Assembly (NCBI GenBank): GCA_038496445.1
Contig: JALMLS010000379.1
Coordinates: 64,214 to 128,213 of the forward strand
Direction of reading: 5' to 3'
DNA from: Trichosphaerium sp. ATCC 40318
Lineage: Eukaryota > Protista > Tubulinea
DNA: 64,000 nucleotides
The notes under the pieces are model-generated. The model was not told the origin of the DNA. It did not search any database and saw nothing but the letters and a program-made list of their open reading frames with translations. The translations under genes and the position numbers were made by a program. Positions 61,057 to 64,000 of this stretch are shown here, piece after piece. The number at the start of each line of letters is the position of its first letter. Within the stretch, counting starts at the first letter, position 1.

Positions 61057-63371
61057 ATGTCTACAAACGTAGAAACCGATATCAAAGGTGCTTACCCTAA
61101 AGAACATAATTCTTCTCCTCTTTACGCCCCAACGGCAGATAGTAACGAGCGTTTAGAGGTGCGAACACATTGACCATGCTATAAGCTCAACAGCAATTAT
61201 TAAAACGTTATAATTTAATATGTTTTGGAACAAGGAGACTCGAGTACTTTACTAGCTCCAATGCTTATTTTGCTCGTAGGACGAAGATGCACAAAGTAAC
61301 ACTTCACCGGCGTCAAACGAACCACCAACAATTACTGACGAAGGTATTGCACCAAAGCTAATTGTACCGTTACTTTTTGGTGACAAGCTTAACGCGCCCA
61401 TCATCTTTTGTGAAAATCACATTATGTATGCTGTGGTTGCTAACGATATTAGACCTCACCAGTATCCTTGAGGAGGGCGTAGGAGCTGATAATAAAACAT
61501 CAGATGATGATGATAAACCAGAAAGCTCTGATACGCCCACGTCAACTAAGGACACGTCGTCAGCTCCACAAGACAGCAAATCAAAATCCGGAAAAATCAG
61601 CAAGCACACACGCAAAGGAAAGGACAAAACTACGCACCTAGACGCCAAACCACCTATGCACACCGACGAAATTAGAACTTCTCGCATCATGACCGCTGAA
61701 GAAGAGGCAGCTCAAGAAAAAATGCGAAGAGAACGGCATTCGGGAGGTAGACGCAGAGGCGCATTTATGGCAAGGTACAAACGTGATAATTTCGTTTTTT
61801 TGTCCAAACGTTTCAAGTAAAAAAGATTTTCGCTAAATTGTGTGGTAAGAATTTTGTTTTAATTTCTGTTCAAAGGGAACGCAAACCAATCGGCCTTGAT
61901 CCCAATGAGATAATAGAGGAGCCACCCAAGAGCTGTGGGGGTCTTTGCACAGCCCAATCGCTAAGCTTCTTGGCCAGTGAAGAGGTACTTAGTATGAATT
62001 TTAATGTGTTACAAACTCCGAACCAGGACGTTGATTACAATCCCGAACCAAAGGTCACCACACAGTCTTGCCGCTTTACTATATCATATGCGGATACTGT
62101 CGGTCGTAGGAAATCTATGGAGGACGAAATGGTAATATGTGGGCAGTTTCGCGGACGTAAGAACGTAAGTGTGCACTTTTAAGATTTTTTCACGTGCTCT
62201 CGTGATTTTTTTTGATTTTGCAGTTTTTGTTAAAAGCGATTGTGTAGGAAGATTTATTTGGCGTTTTTGATGGACACAATGGCTCAACTATGGCTACATT
62301 TGTTGGTAAAACTTTGCCAACCGTACTCGCTAGTATATTGCCTAAACAAAACGATCCTGGTCAGGCTCTCAATGCAGCATTTTTAGAAGTAAATAGGCAA
62401 GCCAAGGCCAAGAAAATTTTGGGCGGTTCTACTGGCTGTGCTGTTCTTTTTGTTAATAATATGGGTACGCTACAAGGCGATTTTTTTGAACTTGGTAAAC
62501 ACAATTGTGTTTTGGATTTACACCAAACGCTATCGGCGTTATTTAACACAAAAAAAAATAAAACCGTGCACGGAGAGTAATTTCAAGATGTCTGGTTAAA
62601 GAACTAATTTTTTTTTTTTTCATCTAGCGTATATTGCGAATGCTGGTGATTGTAGAGCAGTTTTACATTTAAATGGAGAAGCAAAGGCTATAACAAAGGT
62701 ACAAGCCCCGAGAAATTTTTTCTTCAGAAACAAAACACAGAGTTTTACTTGCGCCATATTTTGTGTGATGCCACGTAAGCATTGTTCTTATATCCACTCT
62801 TAGGACCATAAACCAGAAGATGCAGATGAAGAAAAACGTATACGCAAGTTAGGAGGTGAAGTAGTGACCACCGTCGGTAGAGATGGAAAAATCATTGGCC
62901 GCGTAAATGGTATTCTTGGTGTTTCGCGCGCTTTTGGTGACTTCGAGCTTGAACCTTATATAACATGTCAACCTGATATTTATGAGTTTGAGTATACATC
63001 AGATGACAGCGATGATGACTTTTTGATAATTGCCTGTGATGGTGTTTGGGATGTTGTATGTTGAATTTACGCGCTTTATTGATGGTTTATTTACGTTTTT
63101 ATTAGATGTCCTCTGAAGAAGCTACGCGCATCGCTTTACCGTTTATTAAAGATCATAAGTTGGAAGCCGCTTCACGGCGTATACGGTACGCTTGTTTTGA
63201 TTGGAGGGTTTTTTTTCTAATTTATGTTTTTTTTTTTGTAGAGATGTTGCTTTTGCAAGAACCAGTCTAGATAATATTAGTGTTATGGTTATAAAGCCTC
63301 TTTCACAAGCAGAAAAGAATGCAGTTAGAAAAACACAACGCTCTGGTTTTTCATTGTGTGCTATTGTATAG
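61057..63371 (+). CDS. protein phosphatase 2C with low-complexity N-terminus and C-terminal CaaX
   Basis: GRRKSMEDE, GVFDGHNG, ANAGDCRAV, DHKP, GRVNGILGVSRAFGD, IIACDGVWDV, SLDNISV; ends SLCAIV*. Confidence 0.93.
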
Positions 63372-63717
63372 CCGCTATGTAGTTCAAAAAGGGTATGAAA
63401 ATACACGCTGTGATTTTTACAACTGACAAGGTTTTTTTGTAGACGGACTGTTTTTGTACGGTGAACGTTACGCGAGTGAAAAGACGTTCTCTTAACGAAG
63501 ACTACAAATCAAAAAAAAAGTTTGCGTGGGTGTTGGCTTTTAGAGCTCCCTTACGAATAAGTGTTTTTTTATAGCTGTGGTAGTGTTTTTTTCACTATGA
63601 TCAAAATGAAACACTTCACTGTAATGTTGTACTCACATTGTAAATAGCAGAGATGTAAAATTTAATTAAATACGTTGCAACATGATGTTCTAGTTTTTTG
63701 AAGTTCTGGTACCAGGG

Positions 63718-63951
63718 TTACTGGGAGAATACTGCCGCAGAGAATTGTTCGATCTGGCGATTGGGCTTCTGCATCACCGACAACGACTGGTTTTGAAATA
63801 TGCTACTGACAGTATTGTACCTGGTAACAGGCGAAGCTCTGAATGGCAATAGCTGGCGTATCTCAAAATAATCCTGAGTAGTCCATATTGCGTAGTACTG
63901 TTGTCTTCGCACATTTGTCGCGTAATATGGCAACATTTGATGTTCAAACAA
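63718..63951 (-). CDS. possible last exon of a gene extending beyond the window
   Basis: 77-codon open frame preceded by a GTAAGC...AG intron-like stretch at the window edge; no homology recognised. Confidence 0.35.
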   Translation of the reverse strand: MFEHQMLPYYATNVRRQQYYAIWTTQDYFEIRQLLPFRASPVTRYNTVSSIFQNQSLSVMQKPNRQIEQFSAAVFSQ

Positions 63952-64000
63952 AACTTGTCCGCGTTCCGCATGTGGATATTTGTTTTTGTTTATTGCTTAC

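Noticed and set aside
1-64000. tRNA, rRNA, CRISPR arrays, introner-like repeated introns, AT-AC introns
   Set aside because: None seen by eye; introns do not share extended sequence. Manual inspection could miss short ncRNAs.

Overview
Gene-dense, AT-rich (roughly 35% GC by eye) eukaryotic nuclear DNA with about 28 protein-coding genes split by roughly 200 short (mostly 40-100 nt) spliceosomal introns, often with GTACGT/GTAAGT donors. Most entries in the ORF track are exon fragments or antisense noise, so gene models were rebuilt by hand. Gene content (EF-hand-like plus SH2 proteins, Clu-domain giant protein, F-box-Ras, RapGAP, CG9801-type PP2C) suggests an amoebozoan-like protist (inference). 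Recognisable genes: ADHFE1, beta-carbonic anhydrase, RPC3/POLR3C, divergent 14-3-3, WIPI3-like PROPPIN, SCOT/OXCT, CCR4/nocturnin-like EEP, divergent BUD31, RapGAP, heparinase II/III-like lyase, macrodomain protein, PP2C. Main observations: (1) at least 51 copies of the palindrome CACGTG against about 6 expected, in exons, introns and intergenic DNA; (2) two U12-like introns, one apparently GT...TG in RPC3, plus at least 6 GC-AG introns; (3) an SH2-SH2-PP2C-pseudoPP2C protein; (4) a UIM-macrodomain-UIM protein; (5) a poly(A)-tailed two-ORF insertion; (6) several degenerate signalling proteins. No tRNA, rRNA or CRISPR array was seen.
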